A DNA stretch of 64,000 nucleotides from an uncultured Thermoleophilia bacterium (lineage in GTDB: Bacteria; Actinomycetota; Thermoleophilia; Solirubrobacterales; 70-9), in assembly GCA_963754225.1 (NCBI GenBank), contig CAVWEV010000005.1, forward strand, positions 282,282-346,281, read 5' to 3'. The notes under the pieces are model-generated. The model made no database searches. It was given only the letters and a program-made list of their open reading frames with translations, and was not told the DNA's origin. The position numbers were made by a program, and so were the translations under genes. This document shows, piece after piece, positions 11,314-20,423 of this stretch. The first letter of the stretch is position 1; each line of letters opens with the position of its first letter.

Positions 11314-11438
11314 GTTTCCTCTCTTTTGCTGGGAAATCCGTTCTCCGATCACTTACCCGCAGGGAATCGGACTAATCCCTCGTCCCCCGTGGCGTAGATG
11401 TCGAGCGGGCGCGCGGCGAAGCCCGAGCAACTGTTCCC

Positions 11439-11663
11439 CTAGCGCATCCGCAGTGGAACCTCGAACTCCTCGCTGCACTCCTCCGCCACGTCGGCCGCGT
11501 CGAGCAGCTTGTTCGCGAGGTCGCGCGCCTCTTCTACGGTCATGAACTGCCACCTGTGTGGCCGCACCACCGCCACGTCCAGGTTGGCGCCATCTGCGTC
11601 GTGGTGCTCGAACACCGTGACGATGGTCAACTCCCTCGTCGCGGTTTCGGTCGGGTCGGTCAT
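11439..11663 (-). CDS. small acidic hypothetical protein
   Basis: ATG at 11663 after GAGAGGAGGG. Sequence MTDPTETATRELTIVTVFEHHDADGANLDVAVVRPHRWQFMTVEEARDLANKLLDAADV.. Confidence 0.45.
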   Translation of the reverse strand: MTDPTETATRELTIVTVFEHHDADGANLDVAVVRPHRWQFMTVEEARDLANKLLDAADVAEECSEEFEVPLRMR

Positions 11664-11928
11664 CGGTGGTGTCCCTCCTCTCGCTCGCTGCAGGTATCGG
11701 TTCGTGGCGCCAAGTAACGCATGCGACGCGGACGAAGACATCGGCGAGCTCGAGGCTCCTAGATCCGCGCGCTCGCGTCGTCCCTACTAGCCCCCGAGGG
11801 CTCACCTCGGTTGAAGCGGCTCGACGTTCTCCCGCGACATCGCCTACTCCGACAGCCCGGCGGCTTCGAGGGCCCGGTCGCGGGTCGAGTATCGGGGCAC
11901 TCAATCTGGATCTGCTCCGGAGGACTCG

Positions 11929-12216
11929 TCACGACTTCCGCTCCCTTCGGCCCGCGATCATCTCCTGCACCCGGCCGACGCTAGGCCGCGACGGGGAAGC
12001 GGCGTTCCGGCGTGTCCGCCCCGGCTCGCCCGCCCGCTTGCCTTCCCTTCGGGATGTGACGATCTGCTGCACTCGCGAGAGGCTAAGACCGGTTGCGGCG
12101 GCGACGGCTCGGCGGCTCATACCTGCGTCGCTCGCCTTCACGATCAGATCGTCGCGGCGTTTCTTAGCCGCCTCTAGTTGCTCCGAGGCGCGTCTCAACT
12201 GCGTGTCGAACGGCAC
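11929..12216 (-). CDS. small helix-turn-helix protein, hypothetical regulator
   Basis: ..DAGMSRRAVAAATGLSLSRVQQIV.. looks like a sigma-region-4/Xre-style HTH. Track ORF 11929..12216. Confidence 0.45.
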   Translation of the reverse strand: MPFDTQLRRASEQLEAAKKRRDDLIVKASDAGMSRRAVAAATGLSLSRVQQIVTSRREGKRAGEPGRTRRNAASPSRPSVGRVQEMIAGRRERKS

Positions 12217-12353
12217 GTTTAGTTTCCTACACGCACATGGAAGATATGCGCACGCACCGCCGCAGCGGCCGGGCGCGTGGCACCGAAGGGATTAGCTCTG
12301 CAGGCTTGGGCGAAAGCAGCTGATGGGAGACGGAGCACGCGCGAGTCTCGCCG

Positions 12354-12668
12354 CTAGCCGTCCTCGTCCGAGTCAGGTTCTCGCCTCGCTTCGGCATCCT
12401 TTATCTCCGCCGCGGCGCGCCAGCGGACGTGGACGTCGCGGTAGGTAACGCCGGGCTCAACCTCGTCGGGGAGATTCTCCCGCTCGGTGTGTGAGCCTCC
12501 CTCGCCCTCGATCCTCTCCATCGCGCGGGCAAGCTCAGGGTCGATCTCGCTCTCGGCGTGGGTATCCACCTCGACCCGCGGCTTGCGCTTGAACCGCAAG
12601 CGCTTGGCGCTGGCGGCGGCGCCGATCTCGACGTCAGGCTTGCCGGCGCGATCCCGCTCGCGCGCCAC
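12354..12668 (-). CDS. hypothetical charged protein
   Basis: GTG start 3 nt after the upstream stop. Sequence MARERDRAGKPDVEIG..THAESEIDPELARAMERIEGEGG.. No family recognised. Confidence 0.4.
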   Translation of the reverse strand: MARERDRAGKPDVEIGAAASAKRLRFKRKPRVEVDTHAESEIDPELARAMERIEGEGGSHTERENLPDEVEPGVTYRDVHVRWRAAAEIKDAEARREPDSDEDG

Positions 12669-12670
12669 CG

Positions 12671-14058
12671 CTACTCGTCCCTGGCGGCCCTACGCACGTC
12701 CGCCACGGTGATCCGGCCGTCGGGGCCGCTGCCGTCGACGATCGTCGGGATCGACGTCCAGCTCTTCGGCGGTGCGAAGAGCCTTTTCCGTCGCGTTCAG
12801 CTCCTCGGCCTTGCGCTGCTTGCGCCGCTCCCCGACCTCCTTCGCCTTGCGGGTCGCGGCGAGGCCCAGCTCCTTCGCCTCCTCCTTCGTCGCGGCAGAG
12901 AGCTCCTTCGCGACGAGCTTCGCGGCCAGCTTCGCGATCTCGGCGCGGCCGGCCTGAGTCCCTGCGTCGCCGCCGTTGCCGCCACCGCCCCCGACGGACG
13001 CCGGCAGCCGCCTGCTCGAGCTGGCCGGCGGCGCCGCCGACGCCTTGAGCGATCCCACCGACGGCCTCGCCGGCACCTTGACCGACCTCTCCGACCGCTC
13101 GCTCGGCTCCGTGCACGCCTTCGCCCACGCCTTCGGCCGCCTCGCCGACGGCCTCACCCGCCTGGCCGGCCGTATGGCCGACGCCCTGTACGGTCTGATC
13201 GAGGTTGCCGACCGCCTCCCCGGCCCCCTCGCCGACGTCGCCAACGGCTTCGCCGGCGCCCTCGCCGACATCGCCGACCGCCTCGCCGGCGCCCTCGCCG
13301 ACATCACCGACGGCCTGGCCGGCGCCCTTGCCGACGCCGCTCACGGCCCTGCCGGCCCCCTCGCCGATCTCGCCGACGCCCTCTCCGGCCCCCTTGCCGA
13401 TGAACTCGAGGGCGTCCTCGGCGCCCTCGCCGACGTCCTCGACGGCTTCCCCGGCCTCGCCGAGCATGTCGCCGCCGCCGGCGCCGATGTCCTCGACCGC
13501 GGCACCGATGCTCTCGAGCAGCTCAGGATTCCGGTCGAGCGTGGTCATGACGCGGTCGACGATGGCGGCCACATGGTCAAGACGCACCTTCACGAGCGCC
13601 TGCGCCTCCACCCCGCGAATGTCCAGGCGGACGCGTCCGAGGTGGACGTCGACGCCAACCTTCAGCTTGACGAGGTCGAGCACGTATGCGTTCAGCGAAA
13701 CGTGCGCGTCCAGGTTCTCGAGCTCGAAGTGGAGGCTGTCGAGCTTGACGACGGGAACGTCGAGCAGAACGTCGGGAAGCTCGTCGTCGAGCTCCCACGG
13801 GTCCATCTCGGCGTAGTGCTGGTATTCGCGCTCCGCCGCGGTGCCCAGACCCTCCACATTCTTCGCGAAGCGGTACTTCTCGGTCTTCTGCGAGGCTGGA
13901 CGGGAGTCGTCGTCGCGACGCTGCGGGCTCGACCTGTTGGTGCGCTTGGACTGCGGGCGCGTCATGGCTTGCCGCTTGCCCTTGGAGCCGTCCTTTCGGG
14001 AGTTCGCGTTCGAGGCGTTGCCGGTGCTGCGACGCTTTTTCGTTCGCTGGGTGGCCAT
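12671..14058 (-). CDS. repeat protein: basic disordered N-terminus, conserved core, 11-residue Gly/Ala/Val/Glu repeats, PSBD-like C-terminus; two frame changes
   Basis: MATQRTKKRRSTGNASN.. Core DVPVVKLDSLHFELENLDAHVSLNAYVLDLVKLKVGVDVHLGRVRLDIRGVEAQALVKVRLDHV. Repeats GDVGEGAGEAV x3 and variants. After frame changes near 13010 and 12755 it ends ..AEELDVDP.TIVDGSGPDGRITVADVRRAARDE*. Confidence 0.6.
13040..13440 (-). repeat. 33-bp (11-codon) tandem repeats inside the 12671..14058 gene
   Basis: For example, six successive 33-nt units from 13204 to 13401 (..gccgaccgcctcgccggcgccctcgccgacatc..). Confidence 0.85.
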
Positions 14059-15008
14059 CAACTCTCACCTTTACCTTTCTGCTTCCTGGCACGCCCCTGG
14101 CCGGACTGTCCACCCTGAGCGAGGTTGTCGGTCAGCTGCTCGGCACCCTTACCCACGCCCTCGACGCCCCGGCCGGTGCCGCGCCCGACACCGGCGACGC
14201 CGCGCTTGGCGCCCCGTCCGACACCGGCGACGCCGCGCTCGGCGCCTTCACCGATCTCGCCGACGCCTTCGCCGGCGCCTTTGCCCACCTGGCTTACGGC
14301 CTGGCCGGCGCCTTCGCCCACGGGGCCAAGGGCCTTTTTGGTCCCTTCGCCGACGTCCTCGACCGCGTCGCCGGAGTGGTCGAGCAGGTCGCCGGTGCCG
14401 GCGCCCAGCTCCTCGACCGCCTTGCCCACGCTTTGAAGCAGGGCGGGATTGCGATCGAGGCTCAGCAGGACCCGTTCGAGGATCGCCGTTACGTTGTTGA
14501 GCTTCGCCTTGAGGAGCGCCTGGGCCTCGACGCCCTCGATCTTCAGCTCGACCTTGTCGAGCTGCGCCTCGGCCCCCACGCCGATCTTCACCAGCTTGCG
14601 TACCTCGGCGAGCACGGCCACCTGCGCGTGCAGGTCGTCGACCTCGACGTCGATCTCGTCGACCTTGACGACCGGAACGTCGATCAAGACGTCCGGTCCC
14701 CCCGCGATGTCCTTCGGATCGACCACCGAATAGTCCTTGAATTCCTCTCGCTTGCGCTTTCGACGTGAGGAACTGCGGCCGTTGCTCCCCGAGCTCACGG
14801 ACCGCGTCTGGGACGGCCTCACTCGCGCGTGGCCTTCGTCCCCGACGTGTCCCGCCGCTTCCTGCGAGGGGTTCTGCAGCGCCTGAGGCTTCGAGCCCTG
14901 CTTGGAAGAGCCGGACTTCGACGAGCTGCTGCGCTTCGAGCCGCTGCCCGACTTCTTGCTCCCGGACCGCGAGCTCGACTTCTTGCTCGACTTTTTGTTG
15001 GTCGCCAT
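14058..15008 (-). CDS. paralog of the 12671..14058 repeat protein (intact)
   Basis: MATNKKSSKKSSSRSGSKKSGSGSKRSSSS.. Core DVPVVKVDEIDVEVDDLHAQVAVLAEVRKLVKIGVGAEAQLDKVELKIEGVEAQALLKAKLNNV aligns with the neighbour. Repeats VGEGAGQAVSQ/VGKGAGEGVGE. RBS AGGAGA. The stop overlaps the next start (TGATG). Confidence 0.7.
   Translation of the reverse strand: MATNKKSSKKSSSRSGSKKSGSGSKRSSSSKSGSSKQGSKPQALQNPSQEAAGHVGDEGHARVRPSQTRSVSSGSNGRSSSRRKRKREEFKDYSVVDPKDIAGGPDVLIDVPVVKVDEIDVEVDDLHAQVAVLAEVRKLVKIGVGAEAQLDKVELKIEGVEAQALLKAKLNNVTAILERVLLSLDRNPALLQSVGKAVEELGAGTGDLLDHSGDAVEDVGEGTKKALGPVGEGAGQAVSQVGKGAGEGVGEIGEGAERGVAGVGRGAKRGVAGVGRGTGRGVEGVGKGAEQLTDNLAQGGQSGQGRARKQKGKGES
14150..14360 (-). repeat. 33-bp tandem repeats inside the 14058..15008 gene
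   Basis: Consecutive 33-nt units, for example gacaccggcgacgccgcgcttggcgccccgtcc / gacaccggcgacgccgcgctcggcgccttcacc. Confidence 0.8.
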
Positions 15009-15041
15009 CCTGTCTCCTGTTGACTAGTTCTTGCTGGCCGG

Positions 15042-15066
15042 GTACCCGCGAGGGCGAGGGTGAAAC
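15042..15066 (-). promoter_or_regulatory. SigB/SigF-type promoter candidate P1 upstream of 14058..15008
   Basis: Minus strand reads GTTTCA-N13-GGGTAC. The -10 element lies 33 nt upstream of the ATG. Confidence 0.55.
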
Positions 15067-15098
15067 AATTTGCCGCGGATAATCCGCTTGTCGGCCGG

Positions 15099-15123
15099 GT
15101 ACCCGCGGCCGGCGGGGCTAAAC
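15099..15123 (-). promoter_or_regulatory. SigB/SigF-type promoter candidate P2 (tandem to P1)
   Basis: Minus strand reads GTTTAG-N13-GGGTAC. The element GGCCGGGTACCCGCG is duplicated 57 bp from P1. Confidence 0.5.
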
Positions 15124-15164
15124 GAAGCGGCGGAGCGGCGCTTCCTCTCCCGTCGCGCGGCTCC

Positions 15165-15500
15165 TCATCTTGCGGAACGGCGACGCTCCCAGATCGCGGT
15201 GAGGATGCGGGGTGGAAGCAGGGTCACGACCGATCTCCCAACAGCCTCCCAGCTGCTGTCGCTGTCACCTGTCGTGGCCTTCTTCAACAGGGACACGAGC
15301 CGGCGACGGTCCGTGCTGCTCAGGTTCCAGGGCCGACCGCGCCCTTTTCGAACGATGCGTGCGAAGTCCTGGCGCTCCCTCTCGCTGAGCGTCTCGTTCA
15401 CGCGGTCGCGCGCGTTGATCCACAGAGACCTTGCGACCTCCCACACAACCGCCCATGGGACGGCTCGACCGCGGGCCCAAACGCTTTTGATTGAAGGCAT
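15165..15500 (-). CDS. hypothetical protein
   Basis: Track ORF 15165..15575. ATG at 15500 is preceded by GAGGTGG. Sequence MPSIKSVWARGRAVPWAVVWEVARSLWINARDRVNETLSERERQDFARIV.. Confidence 0.4.
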   Translation of the reverse strand: MPSIKSVWARGRAVPWAVVWEVARSLWINARDRVNETLSERERQDFARIVRKGRGRPWNLSSTDRRRLVSLLKKATTGDSDSSWEAVGRSVVTLLPPRILTAIWERRRSAR

Positions 15501-15602
15501 CCAACCCCACCTCGGACTCTCGGACTCAGACTCGCCTGATTCGGCGGATACCCGTGGCCAGACGCTGAAAACCACGCGCCGAGGCGTTCACCGAGCGGGG
15601 CC

Positions 15603-15627
15603 GTTTACAGCATCTGCTCCCGGGTAA
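15603..15627 (+). promoter_or_regulatory. SigB/SigF-type promoter candidate upstream of the SRPBCC gene
   Basis: GTTTAC-N13-GGGTAA, then AAGGAGG RBS and GTG at 15666. Confidence 0.55.
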
Positions 15628-15665
15628 GGGATTAGTTCACCGATATCCAAGGAGGAAAAGAAAAG

Positions 15666-16920
15666 GTGGCCAAGGACATGACAGACATAGGCCAGACGAT
15701 CGGAAGTGCGTTCGGCACGATCGTGCGAGATGCCGCCCAGAGCGTTTCGAGCAACGGGCATAAGGGTCTCTCTGGCAGAGGTACCAACGGAGCGCTTTCG
15801 GGAATTCGGGGGGTAGCCGCTGGCGCCGGGCTTGCCGCCGCGGCCCCGCTCGCCGCGAAGGGAGCCAGCAAGCTCGTCAAGGGCGCCGGCAAGCGCGTCG
15901 CGTCTCCCGCCAAGGACGCGACCGAGAAGGTCGGCGAGAAGGCGAAGGAAGCGGTCGGCGAGAAGGTCGACGACGCAGGCGGCCCGGCGGGCGTCGCCAA
16001 GGAAGCCGGCAAGAGCCTCATACCAGGCGTGGGCGGTAAGGGCGAAGACCAGAAGGGCGGAGGCCAGAAGGGCACCCCCGGCGTCGGCAAGGGTCGGCGG
16101 ATGCCCGTGCAGCAGGCCGTCGACGTGGCCGTGCCGCTACAGACCGCGTACAACCAGTGGACCCAGTTCGAGGAATGGCCTCAGTTCATGCACCGCCTCG
16201 ACCAGGCGACGCAGGAGGACGACGAGAACGTCTCCTTCCGGACGAAGGTCTGGGGCATGTCGAGGGAGTTCGAGGCGCAGATCGTGCAGCAGCGCCCCGA
16301 CGAGCGGATCATGTGGAACGTCAGCCAGGGCGTCCAGCACACGGGGGTCGTCACCTTCCACGAGCTGGCCGACCGCCTGACGCGGATCCAGGTGAGCATC
16401 GACGTGGAGCCGGGCTCGCTGCTCGAGAAGGCGGCGCGCGGGATGCGCCACGTGAAGCGCGCCGTGCGGGCCGATCTGGCCCGGTTCAAGGCGTTCATCG
16501 AGATGCAGGAGGTCGAGACCGGCGCCTGGCGCGGGGTGATCGAGGACGGCGAAGTCGTCCAGGACCATCCCTCGAGCTACGACAAGGGTCGGGATTACGC
16601 CGATTTCGAGGACATCCACGACCGCGAGCACTCGCACACGCCACAGAACGGCTCCGGGAACGGAAGCTCGGCCTCGGGGCGTTCGACGGGATCCAGCCGC
16701 AAGAGCGGCGGTTCGTCGAGCTCCCGTTCGCGAGGCTCCAGCCGGAAGCGCGGCGGCGCCTCGGCGAAGGGCCGTTCGACACGGTCGAGCAAGGGCCGTT
16801 CGACAGGGTCAAGCAGCAAGCGCGGCGGATCGGCTTCCGGGCGGCTCGTCCTCGGGTGGACGCTCCAGGTCCCGCAGCCGTTCCGGCTCCAGCCGAAAGA
16901 CGGCCTCGACGAGGTCGTAG
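15666..16920 (+). CDS. SRPBCC (cyclase/dehydrase-like) domain protein with Gly/Lys-rich N-terminus and Ser/Arg/Gly/Lys-rich tail; one frame change near 16830
   Basis: Core VDVAVPLQTAYNQWTQFEEWPQFMHRLDQATQEDDENVSFRTKVWGMSREFEAQIVQQRPDERIMWNVSQGVQHTGVVTFHELADRLTRIQVSIDVEP is typical of actinobacterial SRPBCC proteins. Tail ..GRSTGSSRKSGGSSSSRSRGSSRKRGG.. continues in the +1 frame to a TAG at 16918-16920. Confidence 0.7.
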
Positions 16921-16945
16921 GGTTGGATGACAGAGGTCAAGGACG

Positions 16946-17089
16946 ATGAGCGATTTCCTGAAGCGCGTCGCGGCTGACCGGATCGGCGGGGACCGGCCTT
17001 CGGCACCCCGCGCGCTGGGGGCCGCCGCTGTCGTAGGAGCGACAGCGGCGGCCCTGACCTATCGGTTGCTCAGGAAGCAGGCGGAGTGA
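16946..17089 (+). CDS. small membrane protein (47 aa), hypothetical
   Basis: Below the track cutoff. My translation is MSDFLKRVAADRIGGDRPSAPRALGAAAVVGATAAALTYRLLRKQAE*. The stop is 1 nt before the next ATG. Confidence 0.35.
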   Translation: MSDFLKRVAADRIGGDRPSAPRALGAAAVVGATAAALTYRLLRKQAE

Positions 17090-17090
17090 A

Positions 17091-17372
17091 ATGTTTGGCA
17101 AGAAGGTAAAAACACCGTCGATCGACGTCGAACGGGTGGTCATGGCCGCGGTCGAGGCTGCGTTCGGTGAGAACGGCTCCGATCGCGATAGCGCGGCGAC
17201 CCGATCCGACTCCGATGCGGGCCACAACCACCGGTTCGGAGCGGTGGCGGCTGTGGCAACCGGTGTTGTGGTCGCGACGGCCGCCCGCGCCGCCTACATG
17301 CGGGTGCGCAACGTGGACCTGGAGCAGGTGGCCGAGGCAGTCGAGCACAAGCTTCAGGACCGCAGCGGCTGA
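17091..17372 (+). CDS. small membrane protein, hypothetical
   Basis: Track ORF 17091..17372. TM segment FGAVAAVATGVVVATAARAAY. Confidence 0.4.
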   Translation: MFGKKVKTPSIDVERVVMAAVEAAFGENGSDRDSAATRSDSDAGHNHRFGAVAAVATGVVVATAARAAYMRVRNVDLEQVAEAVEHKLQDRSG

Positions 17373-17705
17373 CCGCCGCCTCCCGAGTCGCTACTCGCCC
17401 GCCGACCGCTCCCACGCCGACATCCACCTCGTCGGGCGCTCGTTCCCGACGGGGCCGACGCTCGGGTGTCGCGTGGTCAGGCCAGATGGCAGCTGGTACG
17501 TCGGCGTCGTGCGGGACAACATGTTCGCGGTGGAGGCAGCAGCGCTCGATGAGGTGCAGGTCTGGCCACGTCCGCAGTCTCAGCCGACCACTTGGCGCTG
17601 ACGAGGACTGGAGCAAACGGGCGCGACACCGGCACCGCCTTTACCTCTCCGCGCCGGGGCCGCGCCTCGTGTGATCTCCCGCCCGGCGGGTAGCAGAGCC
17701 ATCAC

Positions 17706-18695
17706 ATGACGGGACTCCTGCTAGCGGCGGCGTTCGTGCTGATCATCGGCGGAGCAATCCTGTTCACGAACGCGATCGAGTGGTCGGGCAAGCGTCTCGA
17801 CCTCGGCGAAGGAGCCGTGGGAAGCCTGCTGGCCGCAGTCGGCACGGCGCTGCCGGAGTCGCTGATTCCCGTGGTCGCGGTCCTCTCGGGTGGCGAGTCC
17901 GAACAGGTCGCGATCGGCGCCATCGTCGGCGCCCCCTTCATGCTGGGCACGCTCGCCATGCTGGTGGTCGGCGCCAGCGCGCTGGCGTTTCGCCGGCGGC
18001 GAAGCAGCGGCTCGGTGGTGACCGCCGACAACCGCTCGCTGCGTCGCGACCTCGGCCTCTTTCTGCCCTGCTTCGCCATCGGCATCGGCCTGGGGCTGAT
18101 CGACTCGAAATCCATCCACATCGCCGGGGCGGTCGGATTGCTGATCGCCTACGGAGCTTATGCGCGGCGGACGGTCCGGCACAGCGGCGAGAGCGAGGAC
18201 GTGGACGAGCTCAAGCCGCTCACGTTCGACCCCAGCAAGGAGGACCCGCCTCGCAACATCGCGATCGTCGCCCAGCTCGTTGTCGGGCTGCTGATGATTG
18301 TCGGCGGCGCCGAGCTCTTCGTGGAGGAGGTCGTGACCGTGGCCGAGGCGCTCGGCATCTCCGCGCTGGTCCTCTCCCTCGTGCTCGCGCCGCTGGCGAC
18401 CGAGCTTCCGGAGAAGCTCAACAGCGTGCTCTGGATGCGCCGCGACAAGGACACCCTGGCGGTCGGCAATATCACTGGGGCGATGGCGTTTCAGTCCACC
18501 GTGCCGATCGCCCTCGGCCTCGCGGTGACCGACTGGGACCTCGACCGGTACGCAGTCGCCGCCGGGGTCGCCGGCCTGGCCGGCGGCGCGCTGGCGCTGT
18601 GGCGGCTTCGCGAGGACAGGCTGGGGATACCAGCGGTGGCCGCCTGGAGCGTCCTGTTCGCCGGCTTTGTCGCCTTCGCCGCGCTGGGCTCCTGA
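17706..18695 (+). CDS. CaCA-family sodium/calcium (cation/H+) exchanger membrane protein
   Basis: Two alpha-repeat signatures: GTALPESLIPVVAV and LATELPEKLNSVLW. About 10 predicted TM segments. Intact 329-aa ORF. Confidence 0.8.
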   Translation: MTGLLLAAAFVLIIGGAILFTNAIEWSGKRLDLGEGAVGSLLAAVGTALPESLIPVVAVLSGGESEQVAIGAIVGAPFMLGTLAMLVVGASALAFRRRRSSGSVVTADNRSLRRDLGLFLPCFAIGIGLGLIDSKSIHIAGAVGLLIAYGAYARRTVRHSGESEDVDELKPLTFDPSKEDPPRNIAIVAQLVVGLLMIVGGAELFVEEVVTVAEALGISALVLSLVLAPLATELPEKLNSVLWMRRDKDTLAVGNITGAMAFQSTVPIALGLAVTDWDLDRYAVAAGVAGLAGGALALWRLREDRLGIPAVAAWSVLFAGFVAFAALGS

Positions 18696-18783
18696 GCCGC
18701 AGCGGACCGCGCTTCTCTCGCGCCGATGGGTTGCTCACAAGCGCCGGCGGTGCGGGCCGAGTGGGAATGCCCATGGGTTCGAC

Positions 18784-18803
18784 TGCAACCCAAACTGCAA
18801 CCC
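18784..18803 (+). repeat. TGCAACCC-AAAC-TGCAACCC direct doublet
   Basis: One of four such doublets; the others are at 22376 (degenerate), 39419 and 42864. Confidence 0.8.
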
Positions 18804-18916
18804 AACGGCGCAGAACGAGCCGGTACGGGGCGACACGAACACTCATGCCAGTGCAGCGTTTCCCCCGCTCTCACGGACAAGCCGATACGGGACGGCACGC
18901 ACCGTCACGGCGCCGC

Positions 18917-18979
18917 CCGGAGATGATGTCCGAGGACGCCAACTTCGCGCTGGGGTTCTAGACGGCTCTAGCAAGCGGG
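18917..18979 (+). repeat. Repeat copy 2 of the DUF59 3' end plus flank
   Basis: CCGGAGATGATGTCCGAGGACGCCAACTTCGCGCTGGGGTTCTAG followed by ACGGCTCTAGCAAGCGG (flank identical to copy 1). It would encode PEMMSEDANFALGF*, with no DUF59 body upstream. Confidence 0.9.
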
Positions 18980-19026
18980 TTGGGGGGCGCGGGGGAGCGG
19001 CTGCGAAACGCTCTGGAGGCAGACGC

Positions 19027-20423
19027 CTAGCCGAGGACGCGCGCGTCGATCGGATCTCCGAGCGCTATCCCTTCCGAAGTAATGTCGAATTCGCGGATCT
19101 CGGGGTCGTGGGCGCTCCCGCGCGACTTGAGGACCGTCACCGTGCGCAGGAGGCGTGACTCGGCTCGCACGTACTGCACCAGGACGACGTTGTCGGAGAG
19201 GTGGGAGATCCCGTACTCGGCGAGGCGGCCAAGTTCGAAGAGGTCCGGCACCTCGCTGGTCATGATCGAACTTATCCCCGCGCGCGAGAGGCGTTGCGTG
19301 AGCGAGTAAATGAACTCGCGGAAGCGGACCGGATCGGTCGCCGCGTAGTGCAGGTCGCTCAGGCTATCGATCAGCACGCGCGTCGCGCCGGTGGCCTCCA
19401 CAAGGTCGAGCAGCTCGTACACCCATTCGTCGATGTAGACATCGTTGGGAGACCTGTACATGACGGCCACCCGCTCGTCGTCCAGCGACCAGCCGAACCC
19501 TGCGGCGACACGCTGCAGCTGGATAGGGTTCTCCTGCAGGCGTCGCGATCACGCCCTGCTCGCCGCTCGCGGCGCCGTTGAAGATGAAATGGAGTCCCAT
19601 CAACGTCTTGCCCGCACCCGACGGGCCGGCGACGAGAGTGGAGCTACCCTGCCTGTAGCCCTCGGCGAGCATATTGTCGAGCGGCGGGATGCCGGAGGAG
19701 ATTCGGTCTTCGCCGAGCCGATACCCCTCCTGTCTGACGGGGTCGGCGAGCCGGGGAAAGACAGTGATGCCGTCGCTGGAGAGGCGATATCCGTGACGTC
19801 CTGAGAGGTACTCGCCCCCGCGCAGCTTGGTCACCTGAATCAGGCGTAGTGTGCGCTCGTTCGCACGCTCCGTCCCGAGGGCGATGATCCCGTCGGCCAC
19901 GGCGGCCTCCGGCGCCGCGCGCGTCTCTTCGCTCGCTGTACTCGCCTATCCAGAACGAGGTCACGGGGAAGGCCGTGAGCAGCGCGGCGAGGTCGTGCAG
20001 GAAGCGCCGGAAGGCCTGCGCGTCCTGCGCGAACGCGGCCAGCGCCTTGAAGCTGTCGATCGCGATGATCCCCGGCCGCCGCTCCCTGATCAGCACGCCG
20101 ATCCGCTCGGTCACGGCGGTGAGCCCGTCCTCGCCGACCAATGCGCCCCCGAGGTCCTCGTAATAGATCGAGCGGCCGATCGCATGGCGATCGAAGAAGC
20201 TCAGCGTCTGGCCGTAGCGGAGCATCTTCTCGAACGGCTCGGAGACCGTGGAGAAGTAGATCGCAGGGCGCTCCTCGGTCGCGCCCGCGAAGACGAACTG
20301 CTGGGACAGCATGGTTTTTCCCGAGCCGGGCAGCCCGATGATCAGGTTGATCCCGTTCACCGGCAGGCCGCCGCCGAGGATCATGTCGAGCCCCTCGTCG
20401 CCGCTCGTCAGGCGCTCGTCCAC
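19027..20423 (-). CDS. KaiC-like double-domain RecA-superfamily ATPase; two frame changes
   Basis: Domain 1 LIIGLPGSGKTMLSQQF (Walker A) in track ORF 19644..20423. Domain 2 LVAGPSGAGKTLMGLHF in 19364..19900. C-terminus ..VLKSRGSAHDPEIREFDITSEGI.. in 19027..19470. Confidence 0.75.

Noticed and set aside
13040-14360. Regular 33-bp repeats that could superficially suggest a CRISPR-like array.
   Set aside because: The repeats are contiguous with no spacers and lie inside two ORFs, where they encode 11-residue protein repeats. There are no cas genes.
17373-17601. Possible small ORF ending ..CRVVRPDGSWYVGVVRDNMFAVEAAALDEVQVWPRPQSQPTTWR*.
   Set aside because: It has no convincing start or RBS and no family match. 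It is part of a longer off-frame ORF (17167..17601) that overlaps the 17091..17372 gene.
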